Source: Utricularia gibba (Eukaryota; Plantae; Magnoliophyta). Taken from it: a stretch of 64,000 nucleotides of DNA. Below are positions 12,601-26,494 of this stretch, in pieces. Within the stretch, counting starts at the first letter, position 1. Each line of letters opens with the position of its first letter. The DNA lies in assembly GCA_002189035.1 (NCBI GenBank), contig NEEC01000199.1:1397-65396 (forward strand), in the 5' to 3' direction. The notes under the pieces were generated by a model. The model had not been told where the DNA came from. It did no database searches and was given only the letters and a program-made list of their open reading frames with translations. Made by a program: the position numbers and the translations under genes.

Positions 12601-15600
12601 CCGTTCGGCATCTCGTCGATATCTTGAAGATCATGATGATTCACGCTGCGCCCGGCATCTCGTTTCGAAGCCCGTTCCGAGCCGGTCATTTCCGTGTTGA
12701 AAGCTTCTTCATCCGAGGATGCATCAGAGCTCGAATTATCGCCTTATAGTAGCCTTCAGATGTGCCACAAATTGGCCACCACGTTCGCGAGGATGCGACT
12801 CGGAACATGAGAATCGACGCGATTGTGATTTTCGGCTTGCAAAGGATCTGCGTTTTATTGGATGACGGGAAGTATGGGTTTCGATGCGATCTCTGAATAA
12901 GCTCTGGGTGTGTGCCCTACCCGCAGCCTCATGGTGGCCTCGTACACCGTCGGTATTTCGGCGATATCCTGAAAACCGTGATGAGTCACACTGCGCTCGG
13001 CATACCGTTTCGAACCCCTTTCCGTGCCGGTCAGCTTCCGTGTTGGAAGCTTCTTCGTACGAGGATGCATCAGAGCTTGAATTATCGCCTTATCTTAGCC
13101 TTCAGATGTGCCACAAATTGGCACCACGTTCGCGACGATGCGACTCGGAACACGAGAATCGACGCGATTGTGATTTTCGGCTTGCAAAACATCTGCGTTT
13201 TATTGGGTGATGTGAAGTATGGGTTTTCGAGGCGATCTCTGAACAAGCTCTAGGTGTGTTCCTACCCGCAGCCTCATGGTGGCCTCGCACACCGTTCGGT
13301 ATTCGGCCATATCTGAAACCGTGATGAGTCACGCTGCGCCCGGCATACCGTTTCGAACCCCTTTCCGTGCCGGTCAGCTTCCGTGTTGAAAGCTTCTTCG
13401 TCCGAGGATGCATCAGAGCTCGAATTATCGCCTTAGTAGCCTTCAGATGTGCCACAAATTGGCCACCACGTTCGCGACGATGCGACTCGTAACACGAGAA
13501 TCGACGCGATTGTGATATTCGCCTTGCAAAACATCTGCGTTTTATTGGGTGATGTGAAGTATGGGTTTTCGAGGCGATCTCTGAACAAGCTCTAGGTGTG
13601 TTCCTACCCACAGCCTCATGGTGGCCTCGCACACCGTTCGGCATCTCGTCGATATCTTGAAGATCATGATGATTCACGCTGCGCCCGGCATCTCGTTTCG
13701 AAGCCCGTTCCGAGCCGGTCATCTTCCGTGTTGAAAGCTTCTTCATCCGAGGATGCATCAGAGCTCGAATTATCGCCTTATAGTAGCCTTCAGATGTGCC
13801 ACAAATTGGCCACCACGTTCGCGAGGATGCGACTCGGAAAACGAGAATCGACCGATTGTGATTTTCGGGTTGCAAAACATCTGCGTTTTATTGGGTGACG
13901 TGAAGTATGGGTTTTCGAGGCGATCTCTGAACAAGCTCTAGGTGTGTTCCTACCCAGCCTCAAGGTGGCTCGCACACCGTTTGGTATTTCGGCCATATCC
14001 TGAAAACCGTGATGAGTCGCTGCGCCCGGCATACCGTTTCGAACCCCTTTCCGTGCCGGTCAGCTTCCGTGTTAAAGCTTCTTCGTCGAGGATGCATCAG
14101 AGCTCGAATTATCGCCTTATAGTAGCCTTCAGATGTGCCACAAATTGGCCACCACGTTCGCGACGATGCGACTCGTAACACGAGAATCGACGCGATTGTG
14201 ATATTCGGCTTGCAAAACATCTGCGTTTTATTGGGTGACGTGAAGTATGGGTTTTCGAGGCGATCTCTGAACAAGCTCTAGGTGTGTTCCTACCCACAGC
14301 CTCATGGTGGCCTCGCACACCGTTCGGCATCTCGTCGATATCTTGAAGATCATGATGATTCACGCTGCGCCCGGCATCTCGTTTCGAAGCCCGTTCCGTG
14401 CCGGTCATCTTCCGTGTTGAAAGCTTCTTCATCCGAGGATGCATCAGAGCTCGAATTATCGCCTTATAGTAGCCTTCAGATGTGCCACAAATTGGCCACC
14501 ACGTTCGCGAGATGCGACTCGGAACAGAGAATCGACGCGATTGTGATTTTCGGCTTGCAAAACATCTGCGTTTTATTGGATGACGTGAAGTATGGGTTTT
14601 CGAGCGATCTCTGAAACAAGCTCTGGTGTGTCCCTACCCGCAGCCTCATGGGGGCCTCGCACACCGTTCGGTATTTCGGCGATATCCTGAAAACCGTGAT
14701 GAGTCACGCTGCGCCCGGCATACCGTTTCGAACCCCTTTCCGTGCCGTCAGCTTCTGTGTTGAAAGCTTCTTCGTCCAGGATGCATCAGAGCTCAATTAT
14801 CGCCTTATATTAGCCTTTAGATGTGCCACAAATTGGCACCACGTTCGCGACGATGCGACTCGGAAAACGAGAATCGACGCGATTTTGATTTTCGGGTTGC
14901 AAAACATCTGCGTTTTATTGGGTGATGTGAAGTATGGGTTTTCGAGGCGATCTCTGAACAAGCTCTAGGTGTGTTCATACCCACAGCCTCATGGTGGCCT
15001 CGCACACCGTTCGGTATTTCGGCCATATCTTGAAAACCGTGATGAGTCACGCTGCGCCCGGCATACCGTTTCGAACCCCTTTCTGTGCCGGTCAGCTTCC
15101 GTGTTGAAAGCTTCTTCGTCCGAGGATGCATCAGAGCTCGAATTATCGCCTTATAGTAGCCTTCAGATGTGCCACAAATTGGCCACCACGTTCGCGACGA
15201 TGCGACTCGTAACACGAGAATCGACGCGATTGTGATTTTCGGCTTGCAAAACATCTGCGTTTTATTGGGTGATGTGAAGTATGGGTTTTCGAGGCGATCT
15301 CTGAACAAGCTCTAGGTGTGTTCCTACCCACAGCCTCATGGTGGCCTCGCACACGTTCGGCATCTCGTCGATATCTTGAAGATCATGATGATTCACGCTG
15401 CGCCCGGCATCTCGTTTCGAAGCCCGTTCCGAGCCGGTCATCTTCCGTGTTGAAAGCTTCTTCATCCGAGGATGCATCAGAGCTCGAATTATCGCCTTAT
15501 TGTAGCCTTCAGATGTGCCACAAATTGGCCACCACGTTCGCGAGGATGCGACTCGGAAAACGAGAATCGACCGATTGTGATTTTCGGGTTGCAAAACATC

Positions 15601-16158
15601 TGCGTTTTATTGGGTGACGTGAAGTATGGGTTTTCGAGGCGATCTCTGAACAAGCTCTAGGTGTGTTCCTACCCGCAGCCTCAAGGTGGCCTCGCACACC
15701 GTTTGGTATTTTGGCCATATCCTGAAAACCGTGATGAGTCACGCTGCGCCCGGCAAACCGTTTCGAACCCCTTTCTGTGCCGGTCAGCTTCCGTGTTGAA
15801 AGCTTCTTCGTCCGAGGATGCATCAGAGCTCGAATTATCGCTTATAGTAGCCTTCAGATGTGCCACAAATTGGCCACCACGTTCGCGAGGATGCGACTCG
15901 GAACATGAGAATCGACGCGATTGTGATTTTCGGCTTGCAAAGGATCTGCGTTTTATTGGATGACGGGAAGTATGGGTTTTCGATGCGATCTCTGAACAAG
16001 CTCTGGGTGTGTCCCTACCCGCAGCCTCATAGTGGCCTCGTACACCGCTCGGTATTTCGGCGATATCCTGAAAACCGTGATGAGTCACACTGCGCTCGCA
16101 TACCGTTTCGAACCCCTTTCCGTGCCGGTCAGCTTCCGTGTTGGAAGCTTCTTCGTAC

Positions 16159-19100
16159 GAGGATGCATCACAGCTTGAATTATCGCCTTATCTTAGCCTT
16201 GAGATGTGCCACAAATTGGCAACCACGTTCGCGACGATCAGTTTCAGAACACGAGAATCGACGCGATTGTGATTTTCGGCTTGCAAAAGATCTGCGTTTA
16301 TTGGGTGACGTGAAGTATGGGTTTTCGAGGCGATCTCTAAACATGCTCTAGGTGTGTTCCTACCTGCAGCCTCATGGTGGCCTCGCACACCGTTCGGCAT
16401 CTCGTCGATATCTTGAAGATCAAGATGAGTCACGCTGCGCCCGGCATACCGTTTCGAAGCCCGTTCCGAGCCGGTCATCTTCCGTGTTGAAAGCTTCTTC
16501 ATCCGAGGATGCATCAGAGCTCGAATTATCGCCTTATCTTACCCTTCAGATGTGCCACAAAATTGGCCACCACGTTCGCGACGATGAGTTTCGGAACACG
16601 AGAATCGACGCGATTGTGATTTTCGGCTTGCAAAAGATCTGCGTTTTATTGGGTGACGTGAAGTATGGGTTTTCGAGGCGATCTCTGAACAAGCTCTGGG
16701 TGTGTCCCTACCCGCAGCCTCATGGTGGCCTTGCACACCGTTCGGCATCTCGTCGATATCTTGAAGATCATGATGATTCACGCTGCGCCCGGCATCTCGT
16801 TTCGAAGCCCGTTCCGAGCCGGTCATCTTCCGTATTGAAAGCTTCTTCATCCGAGGATGCATCAGAGCTCGAATTATCGCCTTATAGTAGCCTTCAGATG
16901 TGCCACAAATGGCCACCACGTTCGCGAGGATGCGACTCGGAAAACGAGAATCGACCCGATTGTGATTTTCGGGTTGCAAAACATCTGCGTTTTATTGGGT
17001 GACGTGAAGTATGGGTTTTCGAGGCGATCTCTGAACAAGCTCTAGGTGTGTTCCTACCCGCAGCCTCATGGTGGCCTCGCACACCGTTTGGTATTTCGGC
17101 CATATCCTGAAAAACCGTGATGAGTCACGCTGCGCCCGGCATACCGTTTCGAACCCTTTCTGTGCCGGTCAGCTTCCGTGTTGAAAGCTTCTTCGTCCGA
17201 GGATGCATCAGAGCTCGAATTATCGCCTTATAGTAGCCTTCAGATGTGCCACAAATTGGCCACCACGTTCGCGACGATGCGACTCGTAACACAAGAATCG
17301 ACGCGATTGTGATATTCGGCTTGCAAAGGATCTGCGTTTTATTGGATGACGGGAAGTATGGGTTTTCGATGCGATCTCTGAACAAGCTCTGGTGTGTCCC
17401 TACCCGCAGCCTCATAGGCCTCGTACACCGCTCGGTATTTCGGCGATATCCTGAAAACCGTGATGAGTCACACTGCGCTCGGCATACCGTTTCGAACCCC
17501 TTTCCGTGCCGGTCAGCTTCCGTGTTGAAGCTCTTCGTACGAGGATGCATCAGAGCTTGAATTATCGCCTTATCTTAGCCTTCAGATGTGCCACAAATTG
17601 GCACCACGTTCGCGACGATCAGTTTCGGAACACGAGAATCGACGCGATTGTGATTTTCGGCTTGCAAAAGATCTGCGTTTTATTGGGTGACGTGAAGTAT
17701 GGGTTTTCGAGGCGATCTCTAAACAGCTCTAGGTGTGTTCCTACCCGCAGCCTCATGGTGGCCTCGCACACCGTTCGGCATCTCGTCGATATCTTGAAGA
17801 TCAAGATGAGTCACGCTGCGCCCGGCATACCGTTTCGAAGCCCGTTCCGAGCCGGTCATCTTCCGTGTTGAAAGCTTCTTCATCCGAGGATGCATCAGAG
17901 CTCGAATTATCGCCTTTATCTTAGCCTTCAGATGTGCCACAAATTGGCCACCACGTTCGCGACGATGACTCGGAACACGAGAATCGACGCGATTGTGATT
18001 TTCGGCTTGCAAAAGATCTGCGTTTTATTGGGTGACGTGAAGTATGGGTTTTCGAGGCGATCTCTGAACAAGCTCTGGGTGTGTCCTACCCGCAGCCTCA
18101 TGGTGGCCTCGCACACCGTTCGGCATCTCGTCGATATCTTGAAGATCGTGATGATTCACGCTGCGCCCGGCATCCGTTTCGAAGCCCGTTCCGAGCCGGT
18201 CAGCTTCCGTGTTGAAAGCTTCTTCATCCGAGGATGCATCAGAGCTCGAATTATCGCCTTATAGTAGCCTTCAGATGTGCCACAAATTGGCCACCACGTT
18301 CGCGACGATGCGACTCGAAAACGAGAATCGACGCGATTGTGATTTTCGGTTGCAAAACATCTGCGTTTTATTGGGTGACGTGAAGTATGGGTTTTCGAGG
18401 CGATCTCTGAACAAGCTCTAGGTGTGTTCCTACCCGCAGCCTCAGGTGGCCTCGCACACCGTTTGGTATTTCGGCGATATCCTGAAAACCGTGATGAGTC
18501 ACGCTGCGCCCGGCATACCGTTTCGAACCCCTTTCCGTGCCGGTCAGCTTCCGTGTTGAAAGCTTCTTCGTCCGAGGATGCATCAGAGCTCGAATTATCG
18601 CCTTATAGTAGCCTTCAGATGTGCCACAAATTGGCCACCACGTTCGCGACGATGCGACTCGAACACGAGAATCGACGCGATTGTGATTTCGGCTTGCAAA
18701 GGATCTGCGTTTTATTGGGATGACGGGAAGTATGGGTTTTCGATGCGATCTCTGAACAAGCTCTCTGGTGTGTCCCTACCCGCAGCCTCATGGTGGCCTC
18801 GCACACCGCTCGGTATTTCGGCGATATCCTGAAAACCGTGATGAGTCACGCTGCGCCGGCATACCGTTTCGAACCCCTTCCGTGCCGGTCAGCTTCCGTG
18901 TTGAAAGCTTCTTCGTCCGAGGATGCATCAGAGCTTGAATTATCGCCTTATCTTAGCCTTCAGATGTGCCACAAATTGGCACCACGTTCGCGACGATCGT
19001 TTCGAACACGAGAATCGACGCGATTGTGATTTTCGGCTTGCAAAAGATCTGCGTTTTATTGGGTGACGTGAAGTATGGGTTTTCGAGGCGATCTCTAAAC

Positions 19101-21675
19101 AAGCTCTAGGTGTGTTCCTACCTGCAGCCTCATGGTGGCCTCGCACACCGTTCGGCATCTCGTCGATATCTTGAAGATCAAGATGAGTCACGCTGCGCCC
19201 GGCATACCGTTTCGAAGCCCGTTCCGAGCCGGTCATCTTCCGTGTTGAAAGCTTCTTCATCCGAGGATGCATCAGAGCTCGAATTATCGCCTTATCTTAG
19301 CCTTCAGATGTGCCACAAATTGGCCACCACGTTCGCGACGATGAGTTTCGGAACACGAGAATCGACGCGATTGTGATTTTCGGCTTGCAAAAGATCTGCG
19401 TTTTATTGGGTGACGTGAAGTATGGGTTTTCGAGGCGATCTCTGAACAAGCTCTGGGTGTGTCCCTACCCGCAGCCTCATGGTGGCCTTGCACACCGTTC
19501 GGCATTCGTCGATATCTGAAGATCATGATGATTCACGCTGCGCCCGGCATCCGTTTCGAAGCCCGTTCCGAGCCGGTCATCTTCCGTATTGAAAGCTTCT
19601 TCGTCCGAGGATGCATCAGAGCTCGAATTATCGCCTTATAGTAGCCTTCAGATGTGCCACAAATTGGCCACCACGTTCGCGAGGATGCGACTCGGAAAAC
19701 GAGAATCGACCCGATTGTGATTTTCGGGTTGCAAAACATCTGCGTTTTATTGGGTGACGTGAAGTATGGGTTTTCGAGGCGATCTCTGAACAAGCTCTAG
19801 GTGTGTTCCTACCCACAGCCTCATGGTGGCCTCGCACACCGTTCGGCATCTCGTCGATATCTTGAAGATCATGATGATTCACGCTGCGCCCGGCATCTCG
19901 TTTCGAAGCCCGTTCCGAGCCCGGTCATCTTCCGTGTTGAAAGCTTCTTCATCCGAGGATGCATCAGAGCTCGAATTATCGCCTTATAGTAGCCTTCAGA
20001 TGTGCCACAAATTGGCCACCACGTTCGCGACGATGCGACTCGGAACACAAGAATCGACGATTGTGATTTCGCTTGCAAAGGATCTGCGTTTTATTGGATG
20101 ACGGGAAGTATGGGTTTTCGATGCGATCTCTGAACAAGCTCTGGGTGTGTCCCTACCCGCAGCCTCATAGTGGCCTCGTACACCGCTCGGTATTTCGGCG
20201 ATATCCTGAAAACCGTGATGAGTCACACTGCGCTCGCATACCGTTTCGAACCCCTTTCCGTGCCGGTCAGCTTCCGTGTTGGAAGCTTCTTCGTACGAGG
20301 ATGCATCAGAGCTTGAATTATCGCCTTATCTTAGCCTTCAGATGTGCCACAAATTGGCAACCACGTTCGCGACGATCAGTTTCGGAACACGAGAATCGAC
20401 GCGATTGTGATTTTCGGCTTGCAAAAGATCTGCGTTTTATTGGGTGACGTGAAGTATGGGTTTTCGAGGCGATCTCTAAACAGCTCTAGGTGTGTTCCTA
20501 CCTGCAGCCTCATGGTGGCCTCGCACACCGTTCGGCATCTCGTCGATATCTTGAAGATCAAGATGAGTCACGCTGCGCCCGGCATACCGTTTCGAAGCCC
20601 GTTCCGAGCCGGTCATCTTCCGTGTTGAAAGCTTCTTCATCCGAGGATGCATCAGAGCTCGAATTATCGCCTTATCTTAGCCTTCAGATGTGCCACAAAT
20701 TGGCCACCACGTTCGCGACGATGAGTTTCGGAACACGAGAATCGACGCGATTGTGATTTTCGGCTTGCAAAAGATCTGCGTTTTATTGGGTGACGTGAAG
20801 TATGGGTTTTCGAGGCGATCTCTGAACAAGCTCTGGGTGTGTCCCTACCCGCAGCCTCATGGTGGCCTTGCACACCGTTCGGCATCTCGTCGATATCTTG
20901 AAGATCATGATGATTCACGCTGCGCCCGGCATCTCGTTTCGAAGCCCGTTCCGAGCCGGTCATCTTCCGTATTGAAAGCTTCTTCATCCGAGGATGCATC
21001 AGAGCTCGAATTATCGCCTTATAGTAGCCTTCAGATGTGCCACAAATTGGCCACCACGTTCGCGAGGATGCGACTCGGAAAACGAGAATCGACCCGATTG
21101 TGATTTTCGGTTGCAAAACATCTGCGTTTTATTGGGTGACGTGAAGTATGGGTTTTCGAGGCGATCTCTGAACAAGCTCTAGGTGTGTTCCTACCCGCAG
21201 CCTCAAGGTGGCCTCGCACACCGTTTGGTATTTCGGCCATATCCTGAAAACCGTGATGAGTCACGCTGCGCCCGGCATACCGTTTCGAACCCCTTTCGTG
21301 CCGGTCAGCTTCCGTGTTGAAAGCTTCTTCGTCCGAGGATGCATCAGAGCTCGAATTATCGCCTTATAGTAGCCTTCAGATGTGCCACAAATTGGCCACC
21401 ACGTTCGCGACGATGCGACTCGAACACAAGAATCGACGCGATTGTGATTTCGGCTTGCAAAGGATCTGCGTTTTATTGGTGACGTGAAGTATGGGTTTTC
21501 GATGCGATCTCTGAACAAGCTCTGGGTGTGTCCTACCCGCAGCCTCATGGTGGCCTCACACCGTTCGGTATTTCGGCGATATCCTGAAAAACCGTGATGA
21601 GTCACGCTGCGCCCGGCATACCGTTTCGAACCCCTTTCCGTCCGGTCAGCTTCCGTGTTTGAAGCTTCTTCGTCC
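16159..21675. repeat. Four consecutive 4-monomer HOR units (E-F-G-D-like, ~1380 bp)
   Basis: Post-D landmark carrying (G/C)AGCTTGAATT at 16159, 17541, 18919, 20297, 21676; spacings 1382, 1378, 1378, 1379 bp. Confidence 0.85.
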
Positions 21676-23394
21676 GAGGATGCATCAGAGCTTGAATTAT
21701 CGCCTTATCTTAGCCTTCAGATGTGCCACAAATTGGCCACCACGTTCGCGACGATGCGTTTCGAACACGAGAATCGACGCGATTGTGATTTTCGGCTTGC
21801 AAAAGATCTGCGTTTTATTGGGTGACGTGAAGTATGGGTTTCGAGGCGATCTCTAACAAGCTCTAGGTGTGTTCCTACCGCAGCCTCATGGTGGCCTCGC
21901 ACACCGTTCGGCATCTCGTCGATATCTTGAAGATCAAGATGAGTCACGCTGCGCCCGGCATACCGTTTCGAACCCCGTTCCGAGCCGGTCATCTTCCGTG
22001 TTGAAAGCTTCTTCATCCGAGGATGCATCAGAGCTCGAATTATCGCCTTATCTTAGCCTTCAGATGTGCCACAAATTGGCCACCACGTTCGCGACGATGC
22101 GACTCGGAACACGAGAATCGACGCGATTGTGATTTTCGGCTTGCAAAAGATCTGCGTTTTATTGGGTGACGTGAAGTATGGGTTTTCGAGGCGATCTCTG
22201 AACAAGCTCTGGGTGTGTCCCTACCCGCAGCCTCATGGTGGCCTCGCACACCGTTCGGCATCTCGTCGATATCTTGAAGATCATGATGATTCACGCTGCG
22301 CCCGGCATCCGTTTCGAAGCCCGTTCCGAGCCGGTCATCTTCCGTGTTGAAAGCTTCTTCATCCGAGGATGCATCAGAGCTCGAATTATCGCCTTATAGT
22401 AGCCTTCAGATGTGCCACAAATTGGCCACCACGTTCGCGACGATGCGACTCGGAAAACGAGAATCGACGATTGTGATTTTCGGTTGCAAAACATCTGCGT
22501 TTTATTGGGTGACGTGAAGTATGGGTTTTCGAGGCGATCTCTGAACAAGCTCTAGGTGTGTTCCTACCCGCAGCCTCAAGGTGGCCTCGCACACCGTTTG
22601 GTATTTCGGCCATATCCTGAAAACCGTGATGAGTCACGCTGCGCCCGGCATACCGTTTCGAACCCCTTTCGTGCCGGTCAGCTTCCGTGTTGAAAGCTTC
22701 TTCGTCCGAGGATGCATCAGAGCTCGAATTATCGCCTTATAGTAGCCTTCAGATGTGCCACAAATTGGCCACCACGTTCGCGACGATGCGACTCGTAACA
22801 CGAGAATCGACGCGATTGTGATTTCGGCTTGCAAAACATCTGCGTTTTATTGGGTGATGTGAAGTATGGGTTTTCGAGGCGATCTCTGAACAAGCTCTAG
22901 GTGTGTTCCTACCCACAGCCTCATGGTGGCCTCGCACACCGTTCGGCATCTCGTCGATATCTTGAAGATCATGATGATTCACGCTGCGCCCGGCATCTCG
23001 TTTCGAAGCCCGTTCCGAGCCGGTCATCTTCCGTGTTGAAAGCTTCTTCATCGAGGATGCATCAGAGCTCGAATTATCGCCTTATAGTAGCCTTCAGATG
23101 TGCCACAAATTGGCCACCACGTTCGCGAGGATGCGACTCGGAACACGAGAATCGACGCGATTGTGATTTTCGGCTTGCAAAGGATCTGCGTTTTATTGGT
23201 GACGGAAGTATGGGTTTTCGAGGCGATCTCTGAACAAGCTCTGGGTGTGTCCCTACCCGCAGCCTCATGGTGGCCTCACACCGTTCGGTATTTCGGCGAT
23301 ATCCTGAAAACCGTGATGAGTCACGCTGCGCCGGCATACCGTTTCGAACCCCTTTCCGTGCCGGTCAGCTTCCGTGTTGAAAGCTTCTTCGTCC
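21676..23394. repeat. Second 5-monomer HOR unit E-F-G-H-D (1719 bp), some markers eroded
   Basis: G (CGGAAAAC, CCTCAAGG, GGCCATATC) at 22366, H (CTCGTAAC, GGGTGATGTG, CCCACAG) at 22708 and D-like (CAAAGGATC) at 23053; E and F assigned by position and partial alleles. Confidence 0.6.
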
Positions 23395-26300
23395 GAGGAT
23401 GCATCAGAGCTCGAATTATCGCCTTATCTTAGCCTTCAGATGTGCCACAAATTGGCCACCACGTTCGCGACGATGCTCGAACACGAGAATCGACGCGATT
23501 GTGATTTTCGGCTTGCAAAAAACATCTGCGTTTTATTGGGTGACGTGAAGTATGGGTTTTCGAGGCGATCTCTGAACAAGCTCTAGGTGTGTTCCTACCG
23601 CAGCCTCATGGTGGCCTCGCACACCGTTCGGCATCTCGTCGATATCTTGAAGATCATGATGAGTCACGCTGCGCCCGGCATACCGTTTCGAAGCCCGTTC
23701 CGAGCCGGTCATCTTCCGTGTTGAAAGCTTCTTCATCCGAGGATGCATCAGAGCTCGAATTATCGCCTTATCTTAGCCTTCAGATGTGCCACAAATTGGC
23801 CACCACGTTCGCGACGATGAGTTTCGGAACACGAGAATCGACGCGATTTGTGATTTTCGGCTTGCAAAAGATCTGCGTTTTATTGGGTGACGTGAAGTAT
23901 GGGTTTTCGAGGCGATCTCTGAACAAGCTCTGGGTGTGTTCCCTACCCGCAGCCTCATGGTGGCCTCGCACACCGTTCGGCATCTCGTCGATATCTTGAA
24001 GATCATGATGATTCACGCTGCGCCCGGCATCCGTTTCGAAGCCCGTTCCGAGCCGGTCATCTTCCGTGTTGAAAGCTTCTTCATCCGAGGATGCATCAGA
24101 GCTCGAATTATCGCCTTATAGTAGCCTTCAGATGTGCCACAAATTGGCCACCACGTTCGCGACGATGCGACTCGGAAACGAGAATCGACGCGATTGTGAT
24201 TTTCGGGTTGCAAAACATCTGCGTTTTATTGGGTGACGTGAAGTATGGGTTTTCGAGGCGATCTCTGAACAAGCTCTAGGTGTGTTCCTACCCGCAGCCT
24301 CAAGGTGGCCTCGCACACCGTTGGTATTTCGGCCATATCCTGAAAACCGTGATGAGTCACGCTGCGCCCGGCATACCGTTTCGAACCCCTTTCGTGCCGG
24401 TCAGCTTCCGTGTTGAAAGCTTCTTCGTCCGAGGATGCATCAGAGCTCGAATTATCGCCTTATAGTAGCCTTCAGATGTGCCACAAATTGGCCACCACGT
24501 TCGCGACGATGCGACTCGAACACGAGAATCGACGCGATTGTGATTTTCGGCTTGCAAACATCTGCGTTTTATTGGTGACGGGAAGTATGGGTTTTCGATG
24601 CGATCTCTGAACAAGCTCTGGGTGTGTCCCTACCCGCAGCCTCATGGTGGCCTCGTACACCGTTCGGTATTTCGGCGATATCCTGAAAACCGTGATGAGT
24701 CACACTGCGCCCGGCATACCGTTTCGAACCCCTTTCCGTGCCGGTCAGCTTCCGTGTTGAAAGCTTCTTCGTCCGAGGATGCATCAGAGCTCGAATTATC
24801 GCCTTATCTTAGCCTTCAGATGTGCCACAAATTGGCACCACGTTCGCGACGATGCGACTCGGAACACGAGAATCGACGCGATTGTGATTTTCGGCTTGCA
24901 AAAAGATCTGCGTTTTATTGGGTGACGTGAAGTATGGGTTTTCGAGGCGATCTCTGAACAAGCTCTAGGTGTGTTCCTACCCGCAGCCTCATGGTGGCCT
25001 CGCACACCGTTCGGCATTTCGTCGATATCTTGAAGATCTGATGAGTCACGCTGCGCCCGGCATACCGTTTCGAAGCCCGTTCCGTGCCGGTCATCTTCCG
25101 TGTTGAAAGCTTCTTCATCCGAGGATGCATCAGAGCTCGAATTATCGCCTTATCTTAGCCTTCAGATGTGCCACAAATTGGCCACCACGTTCGCGACGAT
25201 GCGTCGGAACACGAGAATCGACGCGATTGTGATTTTCGGCTTGCAAAAGATCTGCGTTTTATTGGGTGACGTGAAGTATGGGTTTTCGAGGCGATCTCTG
25301 AACAAGCTCTGGGTGTTTCCTACCCGCAGCCTCATGGTGGCCTCGCACACCGTTCGGCATCTCGTCGATATCTTGAAGATCATGATGAGTCACGCTGCGC
25401 CCGGCATCCGTTTCGAAGCCCGTTCCGAGCCGGTCATCTTCCGTGTTGAAAGCTTCTTCGTCCGAGGATGCATCAGAGCTCGAATTATCGCCTTATAGTA
25501 GCCTTCAGATGTGCCACAAATTGGCCACCACGTTCGCGACGATGCGACTCGGAAAACGAGAATCGACCCGATTGTGATTTTCGGGTTGCAAAACATCTGC
25601 GATTGAGTGACGTGAAGTATGGGTTTTCGAGGCGATCTCTGAACAAGCTCTAGTGTGTTCCTACCCGCAGCCTCATGGTGGCCTCGCACACCGTTCGGTA
25701 TTTCGCCATATCCTGAAAACCGTGATGAGTCACGCTGCGCCCGGCATACCGTTTCGAACCCCTTTCTGTGCCGGTCAGCTTCCGTGTTGAAAGCTTCTTC
25801 GTCCGAGGATGCATCAGAGCTCGAATTATCGCCTTATAGTAGCCTTCAGATGTGCCACAAATTGGCCACCACGTTCGCGACGATGCGACTCGGAACACGA
25901 GAATCGACGCGATTGTGATTTCGCTTGCAAAACATCTGCGTTTTATTGGGTGACGTGAAGTATGGGTTTTCGAGGCGATCTCTGAACAAGCTCTAGGTGT
26001 GTTCCTACCCCACAGCCTCATGGTGGCCTCGCACACCGTTCGGCATCTCGTCGATATCTTGAAGATCATGATGATTCACGCTGCGCCCGGCATACCGTTT
26101 CGAACCCCCTTCCGAGCCGGTCATCTTCCGTGTTGAAAGCTTCTTCGTCCGAGGATGCATCAGAGCTCGAATTATCGCCTTATATTAGCCTTCAGATGTG
26201 CCACAAATTGGCCACCACGTTCGCGACGATGCGACTCGGAAAACGAGAATCGACCCGATTGTGATTTTCGGGTTGCAAAACATCTGCGTTTTATTGGGTG

Positions 26301-26494
26301 ACGTGAAGTATGGGTTTTCGAGGCGATCTCTGAACAAGCTCTAGGTGTGTTCCTACCCGCAGCCTCAAGGTGGCTCGCACACCGTTCGGTATTTCGGCCA
26401 TATCCTGAAAACCGTGATGAGTCACGCTGCGCCCGGCATACCGTTTCGAACCCTTTCGTGCCGGTCAGCTTCCGTGTTGAAAGCTTCTTCGTCC

